Source: Amphiscolops sp. MND2022
Taxonomy: Eukaryota
DNA length: 64,000 nt
Direction of reading: 5' to 3'
Assembly: GCA_964187785.1 (NCBI GenBank)
Contig: OZ076409.1
Location: 28,274,001-28,338,000 of the forward strand
Position 1 is the stretch's first letter; each line of letters opens with the position of its first letter. The translations under genes were made by a program, and so were the position numbers. The notes beneath the pieces were generated by a model. It ran no database searches. It saw nothing but the letters and a program-made list of their open reading frames with translations, and was not told where the DNA came from. Below are positions 10,224 through 19,932 of this stretch, one piece after another.

Positions 10224-13200
10224 ATGGTCCTACCAGGCCTGGAAAAGCTTGACATGAGTTCGCAGTCATGGGTGACCATAGGATCCACAATGGACGGTTC
10301 GCGTTTTTCAGACGAAATGTCTGACGAAGTCACTATCGAGCAACAACGAAAGGAGGAACTGGCCGCCATGGTCCCTCCCTCTGAGGGTTCCGTTACATCT
10401 GGAAGCTCTCGTCGAACCGAACAATGGGTCGAAGAAACCTGTCGTGAAAGAGCCAATGAAGCAGAAGAAGAGTGGCCCAACTCAAACGTGACCAACGAAC
10501 TTGCAGCTGAGGAAGGGTGCTCTCGCGCACCCCTAGGGGAAAAAATGAGCTCTCGCCTACAGATCACGGTGGATGAGGATCTTACCTACTCGGAGAACAC
10601 GAGTGGTGCGAGGCCGCAAGGGTCTGGAGTCACTCGAAGTAACACTAGAGTTTGTGCTTATGGCAAACACAAGAAAGTGCGACCACCCATGATAAATGTA
10701 GGTGAACGTCAAGTTGAGGTGCCTCGTAAGAGGAGCGTGGCAGGTTCAGTGGCATCGTCCCAACGATCTTCGGTGTACAAAGCAGCAATATTGGAAGCCC
10801 AAGCCGAGACCCAACGTGCCTTAGCTGAACTGGCTAGCACTCGTGCTGGATGCAATGACCAACACCGTGCCATCGCAGAAAATATGAGAACATTGCAGAC
10901 AACGATGCGAGAAGGTTTGCAGGTCAGTGATCAGCTGCGAACCGCGCAGAACACGCAGAGCGCTCGCGTAGATGCACTAGGCTACAGAATGGGTGAGATG
11001 AATGACCTTTTGATGGCCCGTGAACTTCGTGTGGAAACCCAGATCAATGATTTGAGTAACCAAATGCACACTGTACTCAATGCTATCAACATCATGAGGC
11101 GCGAAAGGTCCCTCCCACGACAAGCTGGTGCCACTGAAGGTGTGCCGATCGCGGATTCAATTAAGGCCACGGAATCATCGCACCAGGGTCAGGCAACAAA
11201 ACCCGAGTTGGCGAGCGTATTGAAGCCCAGCACCTCCAAGTCGACAACGCCTGAAACCCGAACCAAGGATCCTGTGCCCATCATGGCTGCTGTGGAGCGT
11301 AAACCTGCACGGGTGCAGGTAAGAGGGCCCCACGACTCCTCGTCGATGAGCCAAATGACATCCTCCATAGTTCGAAGTGCCACCCGAGACCAAGGTGTGG
11401 ACCCGATGTCACCTATCTATCTAGATACTTCTACTGAAGTTGATTTATCCTGTACTAAGGCCACACTAGGGTCCCAGACTGATGGAGCTGCGTATGCGAC
11501 GGCCCCTACCATGGTTTCTGGAACGGACTCCCTGTATCTGACCGCCGACTGGACAGCTGAGGACGGGATGCCCTCGGGCGCTCCTTGCGCGAGTAGCACT
11601 CGCAGGAAAGAAGACGTGACGAACCTCTCAGTGCGAGCTACGCATGGCAGTGACGACGGTACTGATGATGTGGCACCCAAGGAAGGAGAGGCTGAAGTCA
11701 TCTCTCCTGAGCAATTGAGGTTCACTGCCGCCATTTCCAAAGCAATGTCCAAAGAACTGGCACCGTTACTGGCGGGACGTGACCTGGCTCAAACCAAACC
11801 CAGCGTGTATCGAGGCTCTAAGGACGGGTCTATTGATGGCTGGATCCTAGTAATGCAGCGATACTTAAAGAGAATCCAAACCAAAATCTCGGCCGAAGAT
11901 CGAGCCTGGAGCATTGTCGGTCACCTCGAAGGTGAGGCTCGCAACTACATCATCAACAAGGCAGAGTCTGAACGTGACACCCCCGAGAAGGTGTTCGAGT
12001 TGCTATCTAGTCGATTTGGCGCGGGAGGAAATCGCATGCAGGTGCGGCAGACCTTCCAAAGCCGCGTCCAACAAGAAAAAGAAGACTGGATGCAGTACTT
12101 AGACGCTTTAGAGGGTCTCAGGAGCCAAGGATTCCCGCAAGAAAGTATCACTACTAAACGCTATGAAATCTTGCAACGCTTCATGGAAGGTGTGCGAGAT
12201 CCAGTGTTGAGGCGTGAACTTGCTATAGTATACGCCTCGGAAACTTTTCTTACCGAACCCCCTACCGTGGAGTCCTTGCGATTTACCACGCGTCAGCTGC
12301 AACGCAATCGTCCCAGACCCACCCAACCTCAACAACCCTATGATCCCCGATTAGCCATGAGGTCTAGACCTCATCCTTTCGCACCACTGCCGCCGAACAA
12401 GATGGTTATGCCGCAGGGCGTCTTGCCACCTCCGGCGCCCCCCCAAAATGTCCCAGCTCCGGCTGTCCCAGCTCCCGTCCGAGCGCCAGTAGGTGCTTGT
12501 TTTCACTGTGGGCAAAACGGACATTTTGCTCGCGAGTGCCCCAATCGTGACCAAGCTCGAAAACCAATGACTGCCTCCGAACCAGAGGGCGTGAAGGTGA
12601 CCACGGAGGACACGATCGATGGTATCCTTGAAGGTCATCCAGGGATCTATCAATGCGCGAGCTGTGGCCTTTTCGATCAGGCGGAAGTGCAATGTGGTGA
12701 GCACTCCCATGCGCCAAAACCCAATGAAGAGTTGGCCTACAATCGATGGGCTGAGGTCGAATCAGCTGGCATCGCCGCGCACACCGTACCTTTGGAGGAT
12801 GACCGCGTGTTAATGCTACATCCAGCGGAACCGCCTGCGTTTCACACTCCGATGACATTCACTTGTGGTGCTAAGCAAGTTCAGACCTGCTTGGAACCCA
12901 CAACGTTCGATCCGCAAGGACGTACGCTAATTTCAATTCACCTGTTGCTGGCAGCTGAGCAAACGCGTAGGCCGACGCTAACTCTGGCGAAGCTATGGGT
13001 CGAGTTGTCTATCCTCTACAAACGAAACGAGTTGCCTCGACCGAAAGAATGGTACGCTCCGGGAGAGTCTGTGACTCTGACAACGTATTCCCCAGTGCCA
13101 GTCTGCGCTTCAATGGATGGAGTGGATATGAAATTCGAAGCCTGTGTGGTGGTGGATGTATTTTCCCCTGGCATTTGTCTGGGTCCCCAGGAGCTCAAAT

Positions 13201-16200
13201 GCTATAACATCAATCACCAGGAGCCCACCGGCGAAGCGCGTATTGATGAGCGTGCGTCGCTCGTAGTCTCTTTCGTGGTGCCTCATGCAGCACCTATTCC
13301 GCTGCGAGGGCTGGTGGACACTGGCTCGGGCGTCTCCATACTGACGTTTTCCGCCTTCAACAGAGTGGCAGCTCGAACTGGAACGGTACTTAAACCCTAC
13401 CAAGTTGACCTGTACGCAGCCAACGGGAAGACAATAAAGACCTACGGCCTCGCAGAACACATCCATTTCCAGCTGGGAGGATACGAACTTGAAACGAACT
13501 TTGTGGTGGTAGATGATGCAATGGGTGTGGAAGACTTCCTACTTGGCCGGAACTTTCTTCGCTCCTACCAGGTGTTAGTGGATCTAACATCTATGAAGAT
13601 TGTGGTGCGAGCACCAGTGAAGCCTGTGTGGCATCATGCTCACGCACAGGTAGGTGACACTTCAATAGCTACTCCAGTCGTTTTGGACAGTGACTTGGTC
13701 CTGCAACCTTTCGAACGAGCGGTGGCTAGAGCCAAGCTCGTCACCAACACACTAGAGCCGCTGATTTTTCAAAGCGTAGCGCTCAATGCCTCTTTGTCTG
13801 ACACTACGTTGCACAATGTCGTCTTTTTAGAGGACAGCGTGGCCACTGTCAGTGAGACAGGAACACTCTTTGTGAGCCTGATAAATCTCACCAGCAACCC
13901 TCAACGCATGCGGTGTGGTGTACAACTGGGCACCGTAGTACCCGTAACGGTAGTATACCAAGCAGTACCTCAATGTTTGGACTCTCCCACTACAACCCGC
14001 ACAAAAACTGACGCCGACGACAGTCGTGCAAATTTTGTTCATAAAATTTATAGTGAAGTGAATCTATCCACTGCTTCTGAGTTAACCTCTTCTTCCGAAT
14101 TTGAGTTTTTGTCCTCTACTGACCCTAGCGAGGCAGGACTATCGGAGCGCGAGATTCGCAAACGAACGGACCCAGAGCTAATGGCTCCGATTCCTGGGCC
14201 GGAATCTCAGCTCAAGGCGGTCAAGGATTTGTGGGGCGCTAGCGCCTGCGAGTCTCTCCGTAACCTCCTCGATGAATTTGATGAGCTGTTCATGAAACAC
14301 AAAGCAGACATCGGTCGGTGCACTATCTCTAAGCACACCGTGGAGGTGGAACCAGGGGCTGTACCGCATCGCGAAGGTGCTCGCCGGATGTCCCCTGAGA
14401 AGGCCGAACGTGCCAATCAGGAGGTACGGAACCTCTTAGCTCTGGGAATGATACAGCCCTCGCTGTCCCCCTGGGCGAGCGGCATTGTAATGGTGAAAAA
14501 GAAAAACGGGGAGTTGCGCTTTTGCTGCGACTTCCGCCCGTTAAATGAGGTAACCATTAAGGATGCTTATCCCTTGCCCCGCATTGATGAAAGCCTGGCA
14601 CGGCTAGGCAAAGCCAAGATCTATACCAGCATAGACCTTGCTTGGGCCTTTTGGCAAATTCCCGTGCGAAAAGCGGATCGCCACAAAACCGCTTTTGCTT
14701 GTGAACTAGGACTTTTTGAGTGGCGGCGAATGCCATTTGGTATGTGCAATGCATCTGCCACATTTCAGCGGTCAATAGCGCGTGCGCTAAGGAATATTGT
14801 CAATCGTGAGGGCAGCATGGTCATGGCCTACATTGATGATATCGTGATTGCCACGGAGACTGTGGAAGACCATATGGTACGCCTACGTGAAGTCTTTGAA
14901 TGTCTCCGTGAAGCCGGCTTCAAAATGCGCGTGGCCAAATGCGATTTCATGAAATCGGAGATCAAGTATTTGGGACGAGTGGTGTCCGCAGAAGGAGTGA
15001 AGCCCGACCCAAAAGCCGTCGTCAAGTTGCGCGATTGGGAAATTCCCCGTAACAAGACGGAGATGCAGAGTTTCCTTGGATTCGCCAACTATTATCGCGA
15101 ATTCATTCCTTGGCACGCTAAGCTGGTTGCACCCCTGCACGCCGTCACTGGACTAAATGCCACCTTCGCCTGGGGTCCTGAGCAACAAACCGCATTCAAT
15201 GAGATCAAAAAAGCCCTAATCGAGGCAACTGCGCTCGCGCAGCCTGATTCCGAAGGAGAGTTTGTGTTGGACACTGACGCTAGTGCTGTCGCCATTTCGG
15301 GTATTCTGCACCAGTGGCAAGGTCCTCCGGGTGAACGACGCCTGAGACCGATAGTTTACGGTAGCAAGAAGCTCACCACCACACAAGCCGAATACGGAGC
15401 CCGCAAACTTGAAATGTTCGCCGCCTACTATTTCATAGTGAAGAACCACAGCTATCTATGTCCCCGGAAATTCACCCTGCGGGTGGACAACCAAGCTTTG
15501 TCCTGGTTGAAAACCTACTCCACGGATCAAGCGCTAATCGGCCGATGGATTATGACCCTGGAGAAATATCACTTTCGCGTGGAACACCGCCCGAGGACCC
15601 AACATCGAAACGCCGATGGCTTGAGCAAACGAACCAACGAGTACCGATGCCGCGAAAAACAGCTTGCACAGCAGCCAGCTGCGGGCGAACGCTGGAACTT
15701 TCTTTCAGCTGACGAATTTGATAAACTACCTGTTGCCCCATGGTTCGACCTTCAGGGTCGAGTCATCCCGAACCATCCCGAGTTACCTGCGCACCTGCAG
15801 AACTTGGAGCCTAAGGCTCCCAACCAATTGATACGCGTGCTTCGCCGCACCAAACGAGCGAGCAGGAGGGACAGACAAGCAAAAGCATTCGCAGCCCCCT
15901 TGCCACCTCCGCCTTCCCTTGCTCTGCAACCGCACGAGGATGCATATCCAGACTACCCTGAGGACTGGATTGATGTGACTGATGAAGCACGCGAAGATTA
16001 TCTATTACCAACGCATGCCGTAAATGTACCCTCACGTACCGTCTATGCTATTGCTGGGGCGAATCCTGTTGCGTTGCAAGGTACTCCCTCGGGTGTGCGC
16101 GACTCAATCACGGCTCTTAAAGACATCAACACTGAACTTCACGAACATGCTCACACCGTGCATGGTATCAAAGATTTGATTCTAGCCCAAAACCGTGATG

Positions 16201-19200
16201 TTCATGTGCTAGCACTCAAAAAGTTGGTGCTGAACGAATCTATCGATCATGACGTGTTTCCCGAGAACGTGCGTGAATTCGCACGCAACTACTACCGCCA
16301 GAAGAAAACCCTCCTGTTTATCAACAAGAATGGTGTACTTTGCGTACAATACCCTCCCAACCAACGTCCCCTGCACGAACGTCCGTGCATGATCGTCATG
16401 CCACAACTGTACCAGCATGAGATTTTATTCCGCGCGCATGACGCCATGGGACATCAAGGTATCTCCAAAGTGGTGGCTAGGATTCAAGAACGTCACACAT
16501 GGCCTGGTATTCGGCGCAGCGTGGGCCGTTACGTTGGCCAATGCCTCACCTGTCAACAAGTTCGAGATAAGCCTGGTGACGTCCGATTCCACCTAAAGAA
16601 CATCCAAAGCGGATACTTCAACGAATTGGTCCAATATGATCATCTGAAGATCTGCCCCTCAGACAGTAATAACACTGGCATCTTGGTCATAATTGACCAT
16701 TTCTCCAAGTTCGCGGAAGCAGTGCCCTGTAGTCATCATGACTACGACGCTGTGACTACCTCTCGGTTGCTGTTACAAAAGTGGTTCGCCCGTCATGGCA
16801 CACCCACTAGGATGCAGTCTGACAATGCCCCTAATTTGACTGGCGAGGTGTCCAACGAATTCCTAAAAGCAGCCCACGTTACCAAAGTAACCTCTACGGC
16901 TAGCCATCCGAGAACCCAAGGCTTGGTCGAGCGCCAAAATCGGACGCTGCTAACCCTACTGCGAGTTTTTTGTTCCCGCCGTATGCGCGATTGGGACCAA
17001 TGTCTTGATGAAGTCATGGGTGCCTACAACTCTACGAGGCACGCCACCACTGGCTTCTCACCCTACATGCTGACCCGTGGCGTAGAGAAGGCCATCCCTC
17101 TCACGTTCTTATATCCCGAGTTTGCAGCCAAATCATTCGAGTCGCATGAGGCATATGTCGATCATGTATTGGCTCGCCAACAGGAAATACATGACCTGGT
17201 ACGGCGTAACACGCACCAAGCCCAATTGCGTCAAAAGTTGAAGTACGACCGTGCTATACAAGCGCGAGCTTACCAAGTAGGCGAGCTCGTCTGGGTTTTT
17301 TGCCGCTACGTACCGCAAAAGGGTTCCCCGAAATTGATGCGTGCTTGGCGAGGCCCGCACAAAGTTGTACAAGTCTTTCAGGACGGTCGTGTCTATGTAC
17401 TAGACACAGGTCAAAAGGTTCATTTTGAGCGTCTTAAACCGCACCACAGTGGCCCACTTGAACTTGCTACCGCACACTCGGACAGTGGTGAGGTGGTGGT
17501 CCTTATGGACCCCGAACCTGAACGTTCCGTCGATGTAGTTGATGACGACAAGTCTTTATCGTCGTATAAACCCGAACAACTACTTTCAGAGGCGTCCGAT
17601 GCATCTTTGCCCCCACGTCGACGTCACTGGATGGACACTCGACTACGCACGAAACTTCGCGCAGGTGGCTCCCGCCCGCATTATCAGCAATTTGACTATT
17701 CCACCTCGGGTACAGACGACGAACTATCCGATGCCATGTTGCCAATACCTCCTAATCCCGTTGACGAGGATATGGTGGAGCCTGCGGCTCCTCCGACTAC
17801 GTTGGATCAGTCGATATCCCCTGCCCGTGTACTACCCCAACTGTTCTCTGACCACGAGCGAGTGCGCTCACCGTCTCCACAGATATCCTCCGAAGAAGAG
17901 ACATCGCTACCAGGAACCTCAGCTTCCTTGTTGACGAATCCCTCGCTAACCAACTTTCTTAGTAACTATCCCATATGGCCGACCGCCCCTCCGATTCCCC
18001 TCAAATCTGCCAGCAGCGACAGCAACGTTCAACCCGATCCGCCTCATGCTCCCGAAACTTCGCCAGGAGCGGGGACCGCTCCTTATTTTAAAAGGGGGAG
18101 GGGGAGACCACCCAAGGCACAGAAGAAACGGCTGATCCGAGCGAAGGCAAGGACGAGGAAGAAAGAAACACCGAGAAATGCCGAAACTGAAACTGCGATC
18201 CAGGCCGAAACGGAAGCTCCCAGAACTGCAGAGACGCTAACAGAAGCATCTGCAACTGCTCTTAGGTATCAACTAAGGAGTAAACGACAGCCGCGCTACA
18301 AGTGTGGAACCTGCGGGCTGCGAGATTGTGTCTGCCTATTAGCTGTGAATGAGAACCGGAGGGTTCCCATTGGAGCCCGGGGAGTTCCTCCGGAAAAGAG
18401 AGAAAACTTGGTGTACCGCCTCACGGTGCGGGCCGAGAAAACCTACTCAGCTGTAGAGCGGTCCGGAGACCACCCTGTGGACACTATCTTGGAGAAGTTG
18501 TCACTGCCTGGGGTAGCGAAGGCCCCTTGTCCTAGGTTTAAGGAGTGGACTAGCGATGGAAAGGGCCTGGAGTTTACCCTGCCCACGGTGTTGCCCCCCG
18601 TGCCTAGTAATATTGCGTTTGGACCATTCAATTTTGAAAGAGAACCTGTGCAGATGGTCCGATGCATCACTGCCGACTTGTTATGCGACAAGTATGGAGT
18701 CCAGGTGGAACCAGGAGGGGTATACAGCCCGGCTCCTCACTGGTGGTTGCTGGTAACAGCTCCACGAGTGGAGGCGCTGGTGGAACCGTTGAATCTGTTA
18801 TCCTGTCTAGAGAGTCTGAGGACCCTCACCACAGTGGACTTAATACTTTGCTTCCATATCATAGACTGGTACCGAGGTAAGATGAAGTTCGCGTGGTGGC
18901 TGGAACTAATAATCACATGTTTCGCCACCTATCCCAGAATTCGACTATTAGATGAGTGGACTCACACCTTCGAGATCCCCTTGTTCCCCAAAGCCGCCCT
19001 GGGAACTTTAGATGCGTGGGTAAAGGCCGGCAGCGACAATCGAGCGATGCCCCGCTCAGTGTGGCAAGACCTGGCTGCAGTCCAAGGGCGTACGCATCGC
19101 GTGTGTCTGCCCCCAGATAATGACCCCGGACGAGAGATTGTTTACCCGGGAGCCCTGTATCCGAATTCAGCCGAACACGTCTCTTACGATGAATCCGATT

Positions 19201-19637
19201 TCTTGCAGGCCGAGGGCGACATAGTGTTAGCATGCCCTGCTGACCTAAAGACCAACTCTGCCGCCCTGCGATATGTGCTGCGGGAGTGCGGCATGGAAGA
19301 TGTATTTGCCTTACGACCTAAGGTGGGCGAGATTCTCACTATCCCGCCTGATGTGAACCCCAACCCTAACCAAAGTATTCACCTGTTGATAGTCCGTGCT
19401 AACCAGCGCGCACCGCTGCTGACAGATGACTACTTGCGTTGCATGACGTACTTGATACAGCGCCTGATAGATAAAGGATCCACACGGGTCCACCTACCCA
19501 TTCTGGATCCCGAGAGACCGGCTTTCTCGTTGGTCAATCTGTACCATACTCTAACGAACATGTTCGAGGGTACTGGTATTCACGTGGTTTTGCATAGCCG
19601 CGTATATGTATCAATATTAACTATAGGGCTGAAGTAG
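10224..19637 (+). CDS. Gag-Pol polyprotein (~3140 aa): long N-terminal extension, capsid, CCHC knuckle, aspartic protease, dUTPase-like fold, RT, RNase H, integrase, extended C-terminal tail with AT-hook and two macrodomain-like units
   Basis: Single open frame (track ORF 10191-19637; first ATG 10224). CFHCGQNGHFAREC (12498-12539), LVDTGS (D 13317), YPLPRID...LAWAFWQ...MPFG...YIDD (14829), TDAS (15276), HDAMGH...CLTC, IDHFSK/SDNA/VERQN integrase core, WRGPHKV GPY/F-like motif. Confidence 0.95.
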   Translation: MVLPGLEKLDMSSQSWVTIGSTMDGSRFSDEMSDEVTIEQQRKEELAAMVPPSEGSVTSGSSRRTEQWVEETCRERANEAEEEWPNSNVTNELAAEEGCSRAPLGEKMSSRLQITVDEDLTYSENTSGARPQGSGVTRSNTRVCAYGKHKKVRPPMINVGERQVEVPRKRSVAGSVASSQRSSVYKAAILEAQAETQRALAELASTRAGCNDQHRAIAENMRTLQTTMREGLQVSDQLRTAQNTQSARVDALGYRMGEMNDLLMARELRVETQINDLSNQMHTVLNAINIMRRERSLPRQAGATEGVPIADSIKATESSHQGQATKPELASVLKPSTSKSTTPETRTKDPVPIMAAVERKPARVQVRGPHDSSSMSQMTSSIVRSATRDQGVDPMSPIYLDTSTEVDLSCTKATLGSQTDGAAYATAPTMVSGTDSLYLTADWTAEDGMPSGAPCASSTRRKEDVTNLSVRATHGSDDGTDDVAPKEGEAEVISPEQLRFTAAISKAMSKELAPLLAGRDLAQTKPSVYRGSKDGSIDGWILVMQRYLKRIQTKISAEDRAWSIVGHLEGEARNYIINKAESERDTPEKVFELLSSRFGAGGNRMQVRQTFQSRVQQEKEDWMQYLDALEGLRSQGFPQESITTKRYEILQRFMEGVRDPVLRRELAIVYASETFLTEPPTVESLRFTTRQLQRNRPRPTQPQQPYDPRLAMRSRPHPFAPLPPNKMVMPQGVLPPPAPPQNVPAPAVPAPVRAPVGACFHCGQNGHFARECPNRDQARKPMTASEPEGVKVTTEDTIDGILEGHPGIYQCASCGLFDQAEVQCGEHSHAPKPNEELAYNRWAEVESAGIAAHTVPLEDDRVLMLHPAEPPAFHTPMTFTCGAKQVQTCLEPTTFDPQGRTLISIHLLLAAEQTRRPTLTLAKLWVELSILYKRNELPRPKEWYAPGESVTLTTYSPVPVCASMDGVDMKFEACVVVDVFSPGICLGPQELKCYNINHQEPTGEARIDERASLVVSFVVPHAAPIPLRGLVDTGSGVSILTFSAFNRVAARTGTVLKPYQVDLYAANGKTIKTYGLAEHIHFQLGGYELETNFVVVDDAMGVEDFLLGRNFLRSYQVLVDLTSMKIVVRAPVKPVWHHAHAQVGDTSIATPVVLDSDLVLQPFERAVARAKLVTNTLEPLIFQSVALNASLSDTTLHNVVFLEDSVATVSETGTLFVSLINLTSNPQRMRCGVQLGTVVPVTVVYQAVPQCLDSPTTTRTKTDADDSRANFVHKIYSEVNLSTASELTSSSEFEFLSSTDPSEAGLSEREIRKRTDPELMAPIPGPESQLKAVKDLWGASACESLRNLLDEFDELFMKHKADIGRCTISKHTVEVEPGAVPHREGARRMSPEKAERANQEVRNLLALGMIQPSLSPWASGIVMVKKKNGELRFCCDFRPLNEVTIKDAYPLPRIDESLARLGKAKIYTSIDLAWAFWQIPVRKADRHKTAFACELGLFEWRRMPFGMCNASATFQRSIARALRNIVNREGSMVMAYIDDIVIATETVEDHMVRLREVFECLREAGFKMRVAKCDFMKSEIKYLGRVVSAEGVKPDPKAVVKLRDWEIPRNKTEMQSFLGFANYYREFIPWHAKLVAPLHAVTGLNATFAWGPEQQTAFNEIKKALIEATALAQPDSEGEFVLDTDASAVAISGILHQWQGPPGERRLRPIVYGSKKLTTTQAEYGARKLEMFAAYYFIVKNHSYLCPRKFTLRVDNQALSWLKTYSTDQALIGRWIMTLEKYHFRVEHRPRTQHRNADGLSKRTNEYRCREKQLAQQPAAGERWNFLSADEFDKLPVAPWFDLQGRVIPNHPELPAHLQNLEPKAPNQLIRVLRRTKRASRRDRQAKAFAAPLPPPPSLALQPHEDAYPDYPEDWIDVTDEAREDYLLPTHAVNVPSRTVYAIAGANPVALQGTPSGVRDSITALKDINTELHEHAHTVHGIKDLILAQNRDVHVLALKKLVLNESIDHDVFPENVREFARNYYRQKKTLLFINKNGVLCVQYPPNQRPLHERPCMIVMPQLYQHEILFRAHDAMGHQGISKVVARIQERHTWPGIRRSVGRYVGQCLTCQQVRDKPGDVRFHLKNIQSGYFNELVQYDHLKICPSDSNNTGILVIIDHFSKFAEAVPCSHHDYDAVTTSRLLLQKWFARHGTPTRMQSDNAPNLTGEVSNEFLKAAHVTKVTSTASHPRTQGLVERQNRTLLTLLRVFCSRRMRDWDQCLDEVMGAYNSTRHATTGFSPYMLTRGVEKAIPLTFLYPEFAAKSFESHEAYVDHVLARQQEIHDLVRRNTHQAQLRQKLKYDRAIQARAYQVGELVWVFCRYVPQKGSPKLMRAWRGPHKVVQVFQDGRVYVLDTGQKVHFERLKPHHSGPLELATAHSDSGEVVVLMDPEPERSVDVVDDDKSLSSYKPEQLLSEASDASLPPRRRHWMDTRLRTKLRAGGSRPHYQQFDYSTSGTDDELSDAMLPIPPNPVDEDMVEPAAPPTTLDQSISPARVLPQLFSDHERVRSPSPQISSEEETSLPGTSASLLTNPSLTNFLSNYPIWPTAPPIPLKSASSDSNVQPDPPHAPETSPGAGTAPYFKRGRGRPPKAQKKRLIRAKARTRKKETPRNAETETAIQAETEAPRTAETLTEASATALRYQLRSKRQPRYKCGTCGLRDCVCLLAVNENRRVPIGARGVPPEKRENLVYRLTVRAEKTYSAVERSGDHPVDTILEKLSLPGVAKAPCPRFKEWTSDGKGLEFTLPTVLPPVPSNIAFGPFNFEREPVQMVRCITADLLCDKYGVQVEPGGVYSPAPHWWLLVTAPRVEALVEPLNLLSCLESLRTLTTVDLILCFHIIDWYRGKMKFAWWLELIITCFATYPRIRLLDEWTHTFEIPLFPKAALGTLDAWVKAGSDNRAMPRSVWQDLAAVQGRTHRVCLPPDNDPGREIVYPGALYPNSAEHVSYDESDFLQAEGDIVLACPADLKTNSAALRYVLRECGMEDVFALRPKVGEILTIPPDVNPNPNQSIHLLIVRANQRAPLLTDDYLRCMTYLIQRLIDKGSTRVHLPILDPERPAFSLVNLYHTLTNMFEGTGIHVVLHSRVYVSILTIGLK

Positions 19638-19932
19638 CCTTTTCATTTTAGTTGTCCCCATTTTTCCTTTGCCCTCAGTTCTTGCAACAGTTTCTGTAAC
19701 AACCTTGGAAGAGCCTTGAAATGCTCTCGAGATGTTAATTTGTCATGTTGTTCACTCAAGGGTTTTGTTCTAGTTCGTTAGTTAGTTAGAGTTAGATTTT
19801 AAGTTTGTAGTGGCCCCCTTACGGAGCCGATGTTGCCTGGCTGCAATTGAAGGACGAACCGACTCACGGCTCGTTCCAGAGAGAACTTGTCCCCATAAGT
19901 CTAACAGTGGTCCTTTTTAGACCTATGCATTA

